Part shown: positions 19,183 to 28,894 of the stretch, piece after piece
Layout: every line of letters begins with the position of its first letter
Numbering within the stretch: the first letter of the stretch is position 1
Source: an uncultured delta proteobacterium
Lineage (GTDB): Bacteria > Desulfobacterota > RBG-13-43-22
Length of the DNA: 64,000 bases
NCBI GenBank assembly: GCA_963743305.1
Contig: CAVUPH010000037.1
Span: 15,177 to 79,176 of the forward strand
Direction of reading: 5' to 3'
The notes under the pieces: generated by a model
Databases searched by the model: none
The model's input: the letters and a program-made list of their open reading frames with translations, nothing else
What the model was told of the DNA's origin: nothing
Program-made: the position numbers and the translations under genes

Positions 19183-20021
19183 GATCCGTCCCGGTTTTCA
19201 TGTACCACCATATTAACCGCTACGCAGACGATCTGGTAACGCTTACCCCGGAAGGCTTCGAGAACCATCTTCGTTTTATTTCGGAAAAGGGGCTGCAAAC
19301 GATTTTTTTGGATGATCTCCTGAAATATCTTCGGGGAGGGAAGCCTATTGCTCGGCCTGCGGTAGCCCTGACTTTTGATGACGGCCATCTGGACAACTGG
19401 GTTTACGCCTTCCCCCTGCTGAAGAAATACGGAGTGAAGGCCACCATTTTTGTGGTTACTTCCTGGATGAGCGAAGGCGCCCCGCGAGCGCAATGGGATC
19501 CCGATGAAAGGCAGGAACAGGATTTGCCCCGGATCCCCAGCCACCGGGAGGCCAAGGAAATGGCCGCTGCCGGTGATTATGAGGGAGGGCTGCGCTGGGA
19601 AGAGGCGCGAAGGATGGAGGAATCGGGGCTGATCGACATCCAATCCCATACCCATCTCCACCAGGATTATTTTTTGGGAAACAACCAGAGCCTGCGGCTC
19701 GATCCCTTAAAAAAGGATTCGCTGGGCCCGGATCTGGAAAAATCGAAAAAGCTGATCGAGGCCCTTCTCCATAAGCCCTGCCGCTTTCTTTCCTGGCCTT
19801 GGGGAAAGTATGATTTCCAGGCCGTTGAACTGGCGAAGAGATTGGGCTTTGAGGCCTTGGCGACGACCGAGAAAGGGGTGAACTTCCCCGGTTCGGACGA
19901 ATGGACCATCAAACGGGTGGTGGCGGCCTCCGGGGAGCGGAAATGGTTTTCCCAGCGGGCTAAAATATATTCCCACCGCCGGATCGGTCAACTATACAGC
20001 CGGGTTCGGGGGATTTTGTGA
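19179..20021 (+). CDS. Polysaccharide deacetylase (CE4)
   Basis: VPVFMYHH, LTFDDG, QSHTHLH, WPWG. Confidence 0.9.
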   Translation: MRSVPVFMYHHINRYADDLVTLTPEGFENHLRFISEKGLQTIFLDDLLKYLRGGKPIARPAVALTFDDGHLDNWVYAFPLLKKYGVKATIFVVTSWMSEGAPRAQWDPDERQEQDLPRIPSHREAKEMAAAGDYEGGLRWEEARRMEESGLIDIQSHTHLHQDYFLGNNQSLRLDPLKKDSLGPDLEKSKKLIEALLHKPCRFLSWPWGKYDFQAVELAKRLGFEALATTEKGVNFPGSDEWTIKRVVAASGERKWFSQRAKIYSHRRIGQLYSRVRGIL

Positions 20022-20770
20022 AGGCGGCCGTACGGGTTCCGATCCTGTATTATCACCGCGTGGAGGATCATCTTCCCCCGGCCAAGGGGGTCTCCCCGCA
20101 GGCCTTCGCCGCCCAAATGGAGTACCTTCGTAAAAATACCTATCAAAGCATATCGTTCGAGCAGTTGGCCGATTATTTTATTAAGGGACGGCCTCTGCCT
20201 TCGCGGCCGGTGATCATTTCCTTTGACGACGGGTACCTGGATAATTTCACCCGGGCAGCTCCCATCCTGAAAAGAAACGGATTTCAGGCCACGATCTTCC
20301 TGGTCTCCGATTATATCGGCCAAAGGAGTGAGTGGGCCGGATGTGTGGGAGCGGATGTGGTCCCCCTCATGTCCAGAGAACAGCTCCTGATCTTGATCCA
20401 GGAGGGATTCGAACCGGGGGGCCATACCCGCCGCCATTCGGACTTGACCGCCATCCCTCCCGAAGAGGCCCGACAGGAACTGGAGGGGGGAAAGAAGGAC
20501 CTGGAAAACATGCTTCAGAGGCCGGTCCTGTCTTTTGCCTATCCCTTTGGGACTTTCAATCCGGGAGTAATCGAAGGGGTCCGGAAGGCCGGGTTCACCA
20601 CCGCGCGGACGGTCCATACCGACAACACCCACCGTCTGGAGGACCTGCTGACCCTGCGCTGTGTAAAATTGAACGGAGGGACTCCCTGGCTCAAATTTAA
20701 ATACTATCTAACCGCCCTGTATCACTGGGAGACCCGTTGGCATGAACGACGAAAATCACGCCGCGGATAA
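20018..20770 (+). CDS. Polysaccharide deacetylase (CE4)
   Basis: PILYYHRV, ISFDDGY, GHTRRH, FAYPFG. Confidence 0.9.
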   Translation: MKAAVRVPILYYHRVEDHLPPAKGVSPQAFAAQMEYLRKNTYQSISFEQLADYFIKGRPLPSRPVIISFDDGYLDNFTRAAPILKRNGFQATIFLVSDYIGQRSEWAGCVGADVVPLMSREQLLILIQEGFEPGGHTRRHSDLTAIPPEEARQELEGGKKDLENMLQRPVLSFAYPFGTFNPGVIEGVRKAGFTTARTVHTDNTHRLEDLLTLRCVKLNGGTPWLKFKYYLTALYHWETRWHERRKSRRG

Positions 20771-21914
20771 TCGGGTGAAGGTGCTTTATGTCTTCGCGGC
20801 CCTTCCGGTGGGCGGGGCCGAGGAAGTTTTGATCACCGAGGTGGAAGGTCTCGACAAAACCCGGTTTGCTCCTTTCGTCTGTGTCCTCTCGGAGAAAGGT
20901 CCCGTGGGGGAACAAATCGAAAACCGGGGATTTCCGGTGGTGGCCCTGCACCGCATGAAAAGCCATCGCTTTGATCCGCGGATCGTCCGGGACCTTTACC
21001 GGCTGATCAAAACTGAAAAGGCAGACGTGGTCCACACCCATCTCTATGACGGCAACAAATACGGCCGCCTGGCCGCCGGTCTAGCCCGGGTTCCCGCGAT
21101 CATCTCCCATTACCATAACGTCTACCCCCGCCGGAGAATCAAGTATCATCTGATTAATCGGGTGCTCGCGAATCTAAACGATCGAATCCTGGCGGTTTCC
21201 CAGGCGGTCAAGGAGAGCGTGGTCCGGTTCGACCGGATTTCGCCCGAGATGATCGAAGTACTGTACAACGGAATAGATCCCTTAAATTTTAGCGGGGAAT
21301 TTGAGGATTCAGGGGTGCGGCAGCGATTTGGAGTAAAGCCGGAGGATTTTCTGATCGGAGTCGTCGCTCGCCTGGAGGAGCAGAAGGGGCATATTTATCT
21401 GTTCAGGGCTTTGAGGCAGCTCATCCCGGATTTCCCGCAGATCAAAGTCCTGGTCGTCGGCGACGGAACCCTTCGCCCTGTCTTGGAAGCCAAGGTGTTG
21501 GAAATGGAACTGTCGGATAAGGTCTTATTTGTGGGAACCCGGAAAAATATCCCTGAAATTCTGGCCGCCCTGGATCTGTTTATCCTGCCCTCTCTCTGGG
21601 AGGGGTTCAGTCTGGCAATTCTGGAGGCCCTGGCCATGGGCACACCCGTAATTGCCTCGGCCGTAGGGGGAGCCCCTGAGGTGATTCGTTCCGGCCACAA
21701 CGGGCTGCTGATTCCTCCCGGGGAGGAGTCCGACCTGGTGACCGGGGTGAGGGAGGCTATCCTGGATCCGCGGAAATACAAGCAGATGGGTCGCCAGGGA
21801 AAGGAGACCGTCGACCGTAAATTTACCTTAGCCCGGCACCTGACTCGGCTGCAGGATATCTATCTGGAAGTCCTGGCTCAGAAGGGGCGGCGTTCCGTCG
21901 GGAGCCGGACATGA
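20742..21914 (+). CDS. Glycosyltransferase family 4
   Basis: GGAEE, VARLEEQKGH, PSLWEGFSLAILEALAMGTPVI. Confidence 0.9.
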   Translation: MNDENHAADNRVKVLYVFAALPVGGAEEVLITEVEGLDKTRFAPFVCVLSEKGPVGEQIENRGFPVVALHRMKSHRFDPRIVRDLYRLIKTEKADVVHTHLYDGNKYGRLAAGLARVPAIISHYHNVYPRRRIKYHLINRVLANLNDRILAVSQAVKESVVRFDRISPEMIEVLYNGIDPLNFSGEFEDSGVRQRFGVKPEDFLIGVVARLEEQKGHIYLFRALRQLIPDFPQIKVLVVGDGTLRPVLEAKVLEMELSDKVLFVGTRKNIPEILAALDLFILPSLWEGFSLAILEALAMGTPVIASAVGGAPEVIRSGHNGLLIPPGEESDLVTGVREAILDPRKYKQMGRQGKETVDRKFTLARHLTRLQDIYLEVLAQKGRRSVGSRT

Positions 21915-23090
21915 AAAAAGTGGCCCTGATCGGTCCCGAGCTTTACCCCATTCCGCCCATCCGGGGCGGGGCCGCCGAACTATGGATTGAAAAGACCTCC
22001 CGGGAGCTGAAAAAATACCGACCGGTGATCTTTTCCCCGGCCGATCCGGAACTTCCTTCTAAGGGAGCAAAACGGTGGGGTTGAATATATCCGGATTCCT
22101 TTGCGTCGATTCAAACGAACCCTTTACGGCTGGTTCAAGGCTTTCCCGAAGGACTACGAAAAACAAGTCGCCGCGTTCCTGAAAAAAATCGATCCGGACC
22201 TTATTCATATCCATAATCGTCCTTTGTTGGTCTCCTATTTCCGGGAGCGCTTTCCCCGGAAAAAAATCATTCTCCACATGCATAACCTCTATAATTACCT
22301 GGGAAAGCTGGAAAGACCCTCCGGCTCTTTCAACAACGAGGCGGATTTATTTCTGGGATGCAGCCGCTTCGTGGTCGCGGCCGAAATAAATCGCCTGGCC
22401 GTTGGAACGCCTGTCCAGGAGGTACTCTATAATGGGGTGGATACCCGTGACTTCCGGCCTCCTTGGCTGAACCCGGAGGATACCCGGAAGGCTCGGGAGC
22501 GTCTGGGATTGGCCGGGAAAAAAGTGGTGCTGTACACAGGGAAGATACGAGAATCCAAGGGGGTGGGGGTCCTGGCCCGCGCCATGAGGGAGGTCTTCCC
22601 TCAGGAGCCTGAGGCCGTCTGGGTCCTGGCCGGGGGGACCGGTTTCGGGTACCGGCGGGAGAATAAAAAAACAGACTTCTCGGAGCGCCTGCGAAAGGAA
22701 TTGGCTCCCTGGCAGGATCGGGTCCGGTTTCTGAGTTTCATTCGGCCCCAGGAGATGCCTTCCATTTATCTTTTGGGAGACGTCTTTGTCGCTCCTTCAC
22801 AGTTGGAGGAAGGTTTGGGCCTGGTTTTTCTGGAGGCCTCGGCGAGCGGCTTGCCCATAATCAGCACTCGCCAAGGCGGGATTCCGGAGGTGGTGGTTCA
22901 TGAAAAGACCGGTCTGCTGCTGGCCGGAAAAGAGGATGTTTCGGAATTGACCGAAAAAATCCTGGTCCTTTTGCGCGAGCCGAAGGTTAGACGACAACTG
23001 GGCGAGGAGGGAAGACGGCGTATGGAAGATCATTTTTCCTGGACCCGGATTGCCGAAGCGACGGAGAGGCTGTATGATTCCCTGGGGTAA
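21911..23090 (+). CDS. Glycosyltransferase family 4 (frameshift near 22060)
   Basis: ATG 21911 MKKVALIGPELYPIPPIRGGAAELW joins the frame with IHIHNRP, LHMHN, EEGLGLVFLEASASG. Confidence 0.85.
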
Positions 23091-23146
23091 ACCCGAGCCA
23101 AAAATATCTTAATCTTGGGTTCTGTTTTTTAATATTTAGTTACTAA

Positions 23147-23318
23147 CCCCCTGGTCGAGGCGGGCACTCTGAAGCGTGAAAATAACAGACCCTCAGTCAT
23201 TGCGAGCCGCGAAGTCCGAAGCAATCCCCCAAGCAGCTTACAAACCCTTGCCGAGCCAAGCGGGGGATTGCTTCGCTTCGCTCGCAATGACACCTGTGTT
23301 TGGGCTTATTTCCGTATT
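23147..23318 (+). repeat. Cassette element A copy 1 (GC-rich head + GAAGCRTGAAAAT...ATTTYCRTATT) containing a REP-like palindrome
   Basis: Ends shared with 23322-23423 and 27228-27403. Confidence 0.65.
23196..23291. repeat. REP-like palindrome GTCATTGCGAG...CTCGCAATGAC, copy 1
   Basis: 11-bp terminal inverted repeat plus inner gaagcaatcccc/ggggattgcttc stem. Confidence 0.9.
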
Positions 23319-23321
23319 AAA

Positions 23322-23423
23322 CCCCCTGGCCCAGGGGCCCCCACGAAGCATGAAAATGCTAAAGGGGAATGCCCAGGGAAGACCGCAGGTGAGACGAGTC
23401 GCAGCGCTTTAATTTTTCATATT
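23322..23423 (+). repeat. Cassette element A copy 2 (tandem, different cargo)
   Basis: ccccctggcccaggggcccccacgaagcatgaaaat...atttttcatatt. Confidence 0.65.
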
Positions 23424-23433
23424 AACCAAACCG

Positions 23434-24570
23434 ATGATCCATCATCTTCGAGACCAGATCCTCCAAATGCTGATGCAGCGTTGGGCCGGCAAAAGACCGG
23501 CCCAGCCTTTTGCTCTTTCGGACATGGAAGGGGTCCGGCGGATTTTGCTGATGACCACCACGGCCATCGGGGATACCCTTTTTTCCACGCCAGCCATTCG
23601 GGCCGTGAAGGAGACCTATCCCGAGAAGGAAGTGCATGTGCTCTGTCACCAGCGCAACGCCCTCCTGCTCAAAGAAAACCCCTATGTAGACCGGCTCTTC
23701 TTTTACCGAGGGAAGGCCAGAGGCCTGCTTTCCCTGGTCCGAAGCCTGCGGGAGCAGCAGTACGACCTGGTCATCATCCTCCATAGCAACGATCCGGAGG
23801 CCGTTCCCCTCGCCTGGGCCACCCGGGCCCCGTATCTTGTCGGCAGCGGGACCAGTCGATTTGCCCCTTTCCTTTCTCAAGGCATTGTTTGCCGAGATGA
23901 AAATCGACATGCCATCGAACAGCGACTGGATCTGGTTCGGGCGATCGGCGCCGAGACAGCCGACCGGAGAATGGATTTTTTTCTTCCCGCCGGATGGGAG
24001 CCGAAGGTCCGGAGGATGCTCAACGATTTTTGGGGCGGCGGGGTTCAGCCGGTCATCGGACTCCATCCCACCGGCTCCGGAAGGTACAAATGGTGGCCCG
24101 CCGATTATTTTGTTGACCTGGGGAACCGACTGTTCGACCGTTACGGCTGCCGGTTCGTCCTTTTTTCCTCCAAGTCGGAGGCGTCCGCCGCTCAGGCCAT
24201 CGCCTCCCGGATGAAAGCCCCGGTCCTGAACACGGAGGGCCGTTTTGATCTGGCGATCACCGGGGGCCTGATCCGAAGCTGTTCCCTCTTCATCGCCAAC
24301 GACAGCGGCCCTTTGCATATGGCCCTGGCTTTAAGGGTCCCGACGCTGGCCCTGATCGGTGCGGACAGTCCTCTGCGTATTGGCCCCTACCAGTCCGAGA
24401 ATTCGGTCAGCCTCTATAAAAAAGAGGAGGTCTGCGACCTGCCCCGCTGCCTGAATGAAAAGTGCCAGGACAACCGTTGTCTGAAACAGATTCGGCCCGA
24501 GGAAGTGCTCCGGGTGATTGGGGAGCAGTTTGAGGGGAATTTATTGAGCCAGGACAAGGGAACGTCTTAA
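23434..24570 (+). CDS. Glycosyltransferase family 9
   Basis: TTAIGDTLFSTP, NDSGPLHMALAL motifs. Confidence 0.88.
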   Translation: MIHHLRDQILQMLMQRWAGKRPAQPFALSDMEGVRRILLMTTTAIGDTLFSTPAIRAVKETYPEKEVHVLCHQRNALLLKENPYVDRLFFYRGKARGLLSLVRSLREQQYDLVIILHSNDPEAVPLAWATRAPYLVGSGTSRFAPFLSQGIVCRDENRHAIEQRLDLVRAIGAETADRRMDFFLPAGWEPKVRRMLNDFWGGGVQPVIGLHPTGSGRYKWWPADYFVDLGNRLFDRYGCRFVLFSSKSEASAAQAIASRMKAPVLNTEGRFDLAITGGLIRSCSLFIANDSGPLHMALALRVPTLALIGADSPLRIGPYQSENSVSLYKKEEVCDLPRCLNEKCQDNRCLKQIRPEEVLRVIGEQFEGNLLSQDKGTS

Positions 24571-24599
24571 GATCGTTTATCAAAATATCGAGTATGCTG

Positions 24600-24707
24600 G
24601 TCATTGCGAGGAGTCAGCTTAGGCGTGACGACGAAGCAATGCCCCCGGTTGGCTTACAACGTTCTCCCCGTTCGACCGGGGAATTGCTTCGCTTCGCTCG
24701 CAATGGC
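24600..24707. repeat. REP-like palindrome GTCATTGCGAG family, copy 2
   Basis: gtcattgcgag...gaagcaat...attgcttcgcttcgctcgcaatggc. Confidence 0.88.
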
Positions 24708-24815
24708 AGAGGCGTTCGCTTTTCAATTTAAACCAGTGGGGGGGCCTTATAAATCCCCCGCCATTAGGCGAAGGTGTGGAGGCTTTGGGCAGTAGAAGGC
24801 CGATGGGGTAAGTGC

Positions 24816-24844
24816 TTGACTCCGGGATTCCCTGGGGATAGTAT
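24816..24844 (+). promoter_or_regulatory. Putative sigma70 promoter for the heptose kinase operon
   Basis: TTGACT-N17-TAGTAT about 70 bp upstream of the coding region. Confidence 0.5.
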
Positions 24845-24913
24845 TCAAAACGAAAAAATAAAACCGGCCTGACCGGCTGGGGTTGAGGAGTCGATTTTTG
24901 AAGACTAAGTTGA

Positions 24914-25910
24914 ACTCAGAAAACCGATCCGCTGCTGAAGGCCCTGGAGGTCTTCCCCGACCGCCGTATCCTGGTGGTGGGGGATGTGATGATGGACCAG
25001 TTCATCTGGGGGGAGGTTTCCCGGATATCCCCGGAAGCTCCGGTCCCGGTGGTGAAGGTGAAGGAGGAAAGTTACCTGTTGGGCGGGGCGGCCAATGTGG
25101 TGAACAACCTTTTGGGCTTGGGTGCCCAGGTAATCCTGGCCGGGGTCATTGGACCGGACGGGATGGGAAAGCGCCTCCTCAGACAACTCAAGGGACGGGG
25201 AGTCAACACCGACAGTCTGATTATCGATGATTCCCGCCCTACGGCCGTAAAGACTCGGGTCATCGCCCATCAGCAGCAGGTGGTGCGAGTGGATAAAGAA
25301 AACAACCATCCTTTGGCCCCCCAAATCCAGGAGTTGTTGATCCGGGGAATCGAGCGGAACGCCGAGGGACTGGGCGGGATTATTGTTTCCGATTACGACA
25401 AAGGGGTCATTTCCCTGCGGTTGATGGCGGCCTTGAAAAGGATCAGCAAAAAGAGGGGCATCCCGCTGGCCGTCGATCCTAAGCCGCTGCACCTGGACTG
25501 GTACCGGGGCGTCACCCTGATTACCGCCCAATCATCTCGAAGCGGGTCTGGCCGCGGGCCGGAAGATTGAATCCGAGAGCGACCTGCGTTGGGTCGGGCA
25601 ATGGCTGTTAAAAAGGCTGCTCTGCGATTCCGTGTTGATCACCCGCGGCCGGGAGGGAATGGCCTTGTTTTCCCAAAACAGCAGGGTCACCCTGATACCC
25701 ACCGTGGCCCGCAAGGTCTTCGACGTTACCGGGGCCGGGGATACGGTGATCGCCACCCTGACGCTGGCCCTGGCCTCCGGGTTGAGTCTGATTCAATCCT
25801 GTCGGACCGCCAATGTGGCGGCCGGCCTGGTAGTGGCGGAAGTGGGCACCGCTGCCATTCAGGCGGCAGCTTTGAATAAAGCGTTGCTGGAAGCCGGAAC
25901 GGAAGAATAG
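24914..25910 (+). CDS. rfaE1: D-glycero-beta-D-manno-heptose-7-phosphate kinase (HldE/RfaE kinase domain); frameshift near 25530, start uncertain
   Basis: VVGDVMMDQFIWGEVSRISPEAPVPVV, GGAANV, SDYDKG, VDPK; the next frame gives PNHLEA...VFDVTGAGDTVIA. Confidence 0.9.
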
Positions 25911-25913
25911 CCA

Positions 25914-27263
25914 GTGAAAAAGGATTTCGTCTCTCCCGCCTTCCCCGCGAAAGCTCTCCTTCAGCGGGAGCGATGGCCAGCGCTCGCCGACCGGGGCCTG
26001 GTCCTTTCCTTAGCGCTCTTTCTCTTCGCTCTTCCCCTGGCGTCCATCACGGCGGTCCGGGAAATTCTTTTGGGGGCGGCCGCCTTTTTCTGGCTGGCGG
26101 CCATGGTGATTGGGCGGCGACTCTTGATTCCCCGGACCCCGCTGGACCTGCCCCTGCTCTGTTTGGTGGCGGTTTCATTCATTTCCCTGATCTGGGCCGT
26201 TGATCCGGCCTACAGTTTCAAGGAGATCAAAGGCGAACTGCTTAAGGGGTGCCTGGTCTTTTATCTGGCCGCCTATTCCGCCGGGAGGCTGGAACGACTT
26301 CCCGCAATCTGGCTTATCCTGGTCTGCGGGAATCTGTTGATGGTTGCCTATGGCCTCTGGGATTTCTGGCAGGCCGGAGGGCATTTAGCCGGTTATTATA
26401 TCCGGGCGGGTTCCCTGGATGCCGGCTATGGAGAATTCGGGACCTATCTGATCATCGTGTTTCCTTTCCTGCTGAACCTTGCCCTGGAGCGGCAATTCCT
26501 GTCAAAAAAGAACCTGGCAGGACTCCTGGCCCTGCTGGCCTTAAACCTGTTGGGAATTTACATTACCTTCGGACGGGCAATGTGGATGGCGGCGGCCGCG
26601 GAATTTTTTTTGATCGGCTGGATCGGGAACAGGAAAAAAATTCTACTGGGAGCCACGGCGAGCCTCCTGCTCTTTCTGGTCTTCATTCCCAGATCCGTAT
26701 GCCTTCACGGCGAAAGGCTTTCGTTCTCCGCTCCGGGGGTGAACACCGCCGTAGGCGGGACGGCCGGAGATCTCTTGGATATCTGGAAACTGGCTTTTCA
26801 TTATATTCAAGAGCGGCCTTTTCAAGGCATCGGTTTTGGCCGGAGTAGTTTCTCCGAGGCCTTTCCGGAATTTCGGGCTCAACATCAGCCGATGCTTTGG
26901 CACGCGCACAACACCCTGCTGGATTTCACCTTCCAAACGGGAATTCAGGGGCTCTTGGCGCTCCTTTGGGTTATGGGCGCGGCCGGGTTTCATTGCTTCC
27001 GCCGGAGAGGGCCGGGGATCGATCCCTGGGTCCGAAATTTTTCCCTGGCCACCGGGGTGATGGTGGTAGGCTTCCTGATTCGAAATTTTTTTGATGATTT
27101 TTTCGTGGACGATAACGCCCTGATGTTCTGGTTTCTCATCGGGACGGCCCTGGGGAGTTCAAAAATCCAAAGCTGGGAAACTTTTTCGCCGAGACCCGGT
27201 GGCCGCGAAGGCGCGATTTCAGATTCGCCCCGCCTCCCGGGGGCAGGTACCCACGAAGCATGA
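25914..27263 (+). CDS. O-antigen ligase family protein (WaaL-like)
   Basis: Multiple TM segments, TFGRAMW, PFQGIGFG, HAHNTLL...GIQGL motif. Confidence 0.85.
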   Translation: MKKDFVSPAFPAKALLQRERWPALADRGLVLSLALFLFALPLASITAVREILLGAAAFFWLAAMVIGRRLLIPRTPLDLPLLCLVAVSFISLIWAVDPAYSFKEIKGELLKGCLVFYLAAYSAGRLERLPAIWLILVCGNLLMVAYGLWDFWQAGGHLAGYYIRAGSLDAGYGEFGTYLIIVFPFLLNLALERQFLSKKNLAGLLALLALNLLGIYITFGRAMWMAAAAEFFLIGWIGNRKKILLGATASLLLFLVFIPRSVCLHGERLSFSAPGVNTAVGGTAGDLLDIWKLAFHYIQERPFQGIGFGRSSFSEAFPEFRAQHQPMLWHAHNTLLDFTFQTGIQGLLALLWVMGAAGFHCFRRRGPGIDPWVRNFSLATGVMVVGFLIRNFFDDFFVDDNALMFWFLIGTALGSSKIQSWETFSPRPGGREGAISDSPRLPGAGTHEA

Positions 27264-27443
27264 AAATAGCATATTCCCAGTCATTGCGAGGAGAGAAGCG
27301 ACGAAGCAATCCCCCAGGCAGCGTACAGCCCTTTCCAAGCCTGACCGGGGGATTGCTTCGCTCCGCTCGCAATGACATAGGTGTTTAACCTTATTTTCGT
27401 ATTGATCTACTATTATTTTGGCCACCCACATCAAAAGGGCGAA
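27175..27443 (+). mobile_element. Nested non-autonomous elements: element B arm interrupted by cassette A (27228-27403), which contains a REP palindrome
   Basis: 27175-27224 and about 27404-27443 match the reverse complement of contiguous 48007-48098. Confidence 0.65.
27280..27376. repeat. REP-like palindrome GTCATTGCGAG family, copy 3
   Basis: gtcattgcgag...gaagcaatcccc...ggggattgcttc...ctcgcaatgac. Confidence 0.9.
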
Positions 27444-27583
27444 GTAGCAATAATTGCCGTTGCCTTCAAGGGAGGTTTTTGTTATTTTGACATTGAAATT
27501 TTGAGATTTGGTCATTCAAGTCTGTTTCGAATTTCTGATTTTGAATCTACAAATAACGCCGGCGGGAGTGAAGGGGAGAGCGG

Positions 27584-28894
27584 ATGAATATCTGTGTTAT
27601 CGGGGTGGGTTACGTAGGATTGGTCACGGGGGCCTGCTTCGCCGAATTCGGGATTAAGGTGACTTGTGTGGACAACGACTCGGACAAGATCACCGGCCTG
27701 CAGCAGGGGAAAATACCCATCTATGAGCCGGGTCTGGAGGAACTGGTCTTAAAAAATGTCCGGGAAAAACGACTGCAGTTTACCGACAACCTGGAGGAGG
27801 GCGTTAAACATTCTCTGGTGGTCTTTATCGCCGTAGGCACGCCCTCCGACAAAAAAGGCCGAGCCGACCTGCGCTATGTGAAGGAGGTGGCGGAAGCCAT
27901 CGGCCGAACCATGGACGGCTATAAAATCATCGTCACCAAGAGCACGGTCCCGGTGGGCACCGGACAACTGATTTCCCGGATTGTTCGGCAACATCAAAAA
28001 AAGAAACAGGCTTTTGATATTGTCTCCAATCCCGAATTCTTGCGCGAAGGGTCGGCCATTGAGGATTTCATGCATCCCAATCGGGTAGTCATCGGGGCTC
28101 AGAGCGATCAGGCCGTGGCCATCATGAAAGACCTTTATTCCCCATTGTACCTCATCGAGACCCCCTTCGTTATTACCGGGGTGGAAACCGCCGAAATGAT
28201 TAAGTATGCCTCCAATGCCTTTTTAGCCACCAAAATCTCGTTCATCAACGAGATGGCCAATATCTGCGAACGAGTGGGGGCGGACGTGCACCAGGTGGCC
28301 AGGGGGATGGGGTTGGATCAACGGATCGGACCGAAATTTCTGCATCCGGGACCGGGATTCGGCGGATCCTGCTTTCCGAAGGACACCCAGGCCATAGTGC
28401 AACTGGCCCAGTCCCTGGACTATGAATTCGAGATCGTCAAGGCGGTCCTCAAGGTGAATCAACGACAGAAACAAATTATGGTGGACAAGATCGTCAAGGT
28501 GGCCGGCCCGCTGAAAGGAAAAACTCTGGGGGTCTTGGGCCTGACTTTTAAACCCAACACCGATGACATCCGGGAAGCCCCGGCGGTGGCCATCATAAAA
28601 AAATTGGGTGACTTAGGCGCCCGTATTCAAACCTATGATCCGGCCGGGATGCCCGAAGCCCGAAAGGTATTTAAGAAGGTTGAATTTAAGGAGGACCTCT
28701 ACGAGGCGGGACAGGGCGCCGACGCCCTGATCCTGATCACCGAATGGAACCAGTTCCGGAACATCGATTGGGGGCGGATGAAAAGTTTGTTGAAACGTCC
28801 GGTGGTCATCGACCTGCGGAATATATACGATCCGGTCAAGATGCACAAACAGGGGATAACCTATTACTCTGTAGGCCGACCTACCCTTGAGTAA
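27584..28894 (+). CDS. ugd: UDP-glucose 6-dehydrogenase
   Basis: GVGYVG, IAVGTP, KSTVPVG, NPEFLREG, GFGGSCFPKD, FKPNTDDIRE. Confidence 0.95.
   Translation: MNICVIGVGYVGLVTGACFAEFGIKVTCVDNDSDKITGLQQGKIPIYEPGLEELVLKNVREKRLQFTDNLEEGVKHSLVVFIAVGTPSDKKGRADLRYVKEVAEAIGRTMDGYKIIVTKSTVPVGTGQLISRIVRQHQKKKQAFDIVSNPEFLREGSAIEDFMHPNRVVIGAQSDQAVAIMKDLYSPLYLIETPFVITGVETAEMIKYASNAFLATKISFINEMANICERVGADVHQVARGMGLDQRIGPKFLHPGPGFGGSCFPKDTQAIVQLAQSLDYEFEIVKAVLKVNQRQKQIMVDKIVKVAGPLKGKTLGVLGLTFKPNTDDIREAPAVAIIKKLGDLGARIQTYDPAGMPEARKVFKKVEFKEDLYEAGQGADALILITEWNQFRNIDWGRMKSLLKRPVVIDLRNIYDPVKMHKQGITYYSVGRPTLE

Noticed and set aside
12400-25540. Phase variation or programmed frameshifting in LPS genes
   Set aside because: The breaks are not at long homopolymers or slippery heptamers, and similar indels hit unrelated genes across the window
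23147-27403. Repeats as a CRISPR array or integron attC sites
   Set aside because: Irregular spacing, no repeat-spacer periodicity, no cas or integrase genes, and no RYYYAAC/GTTRRRY ends recognised
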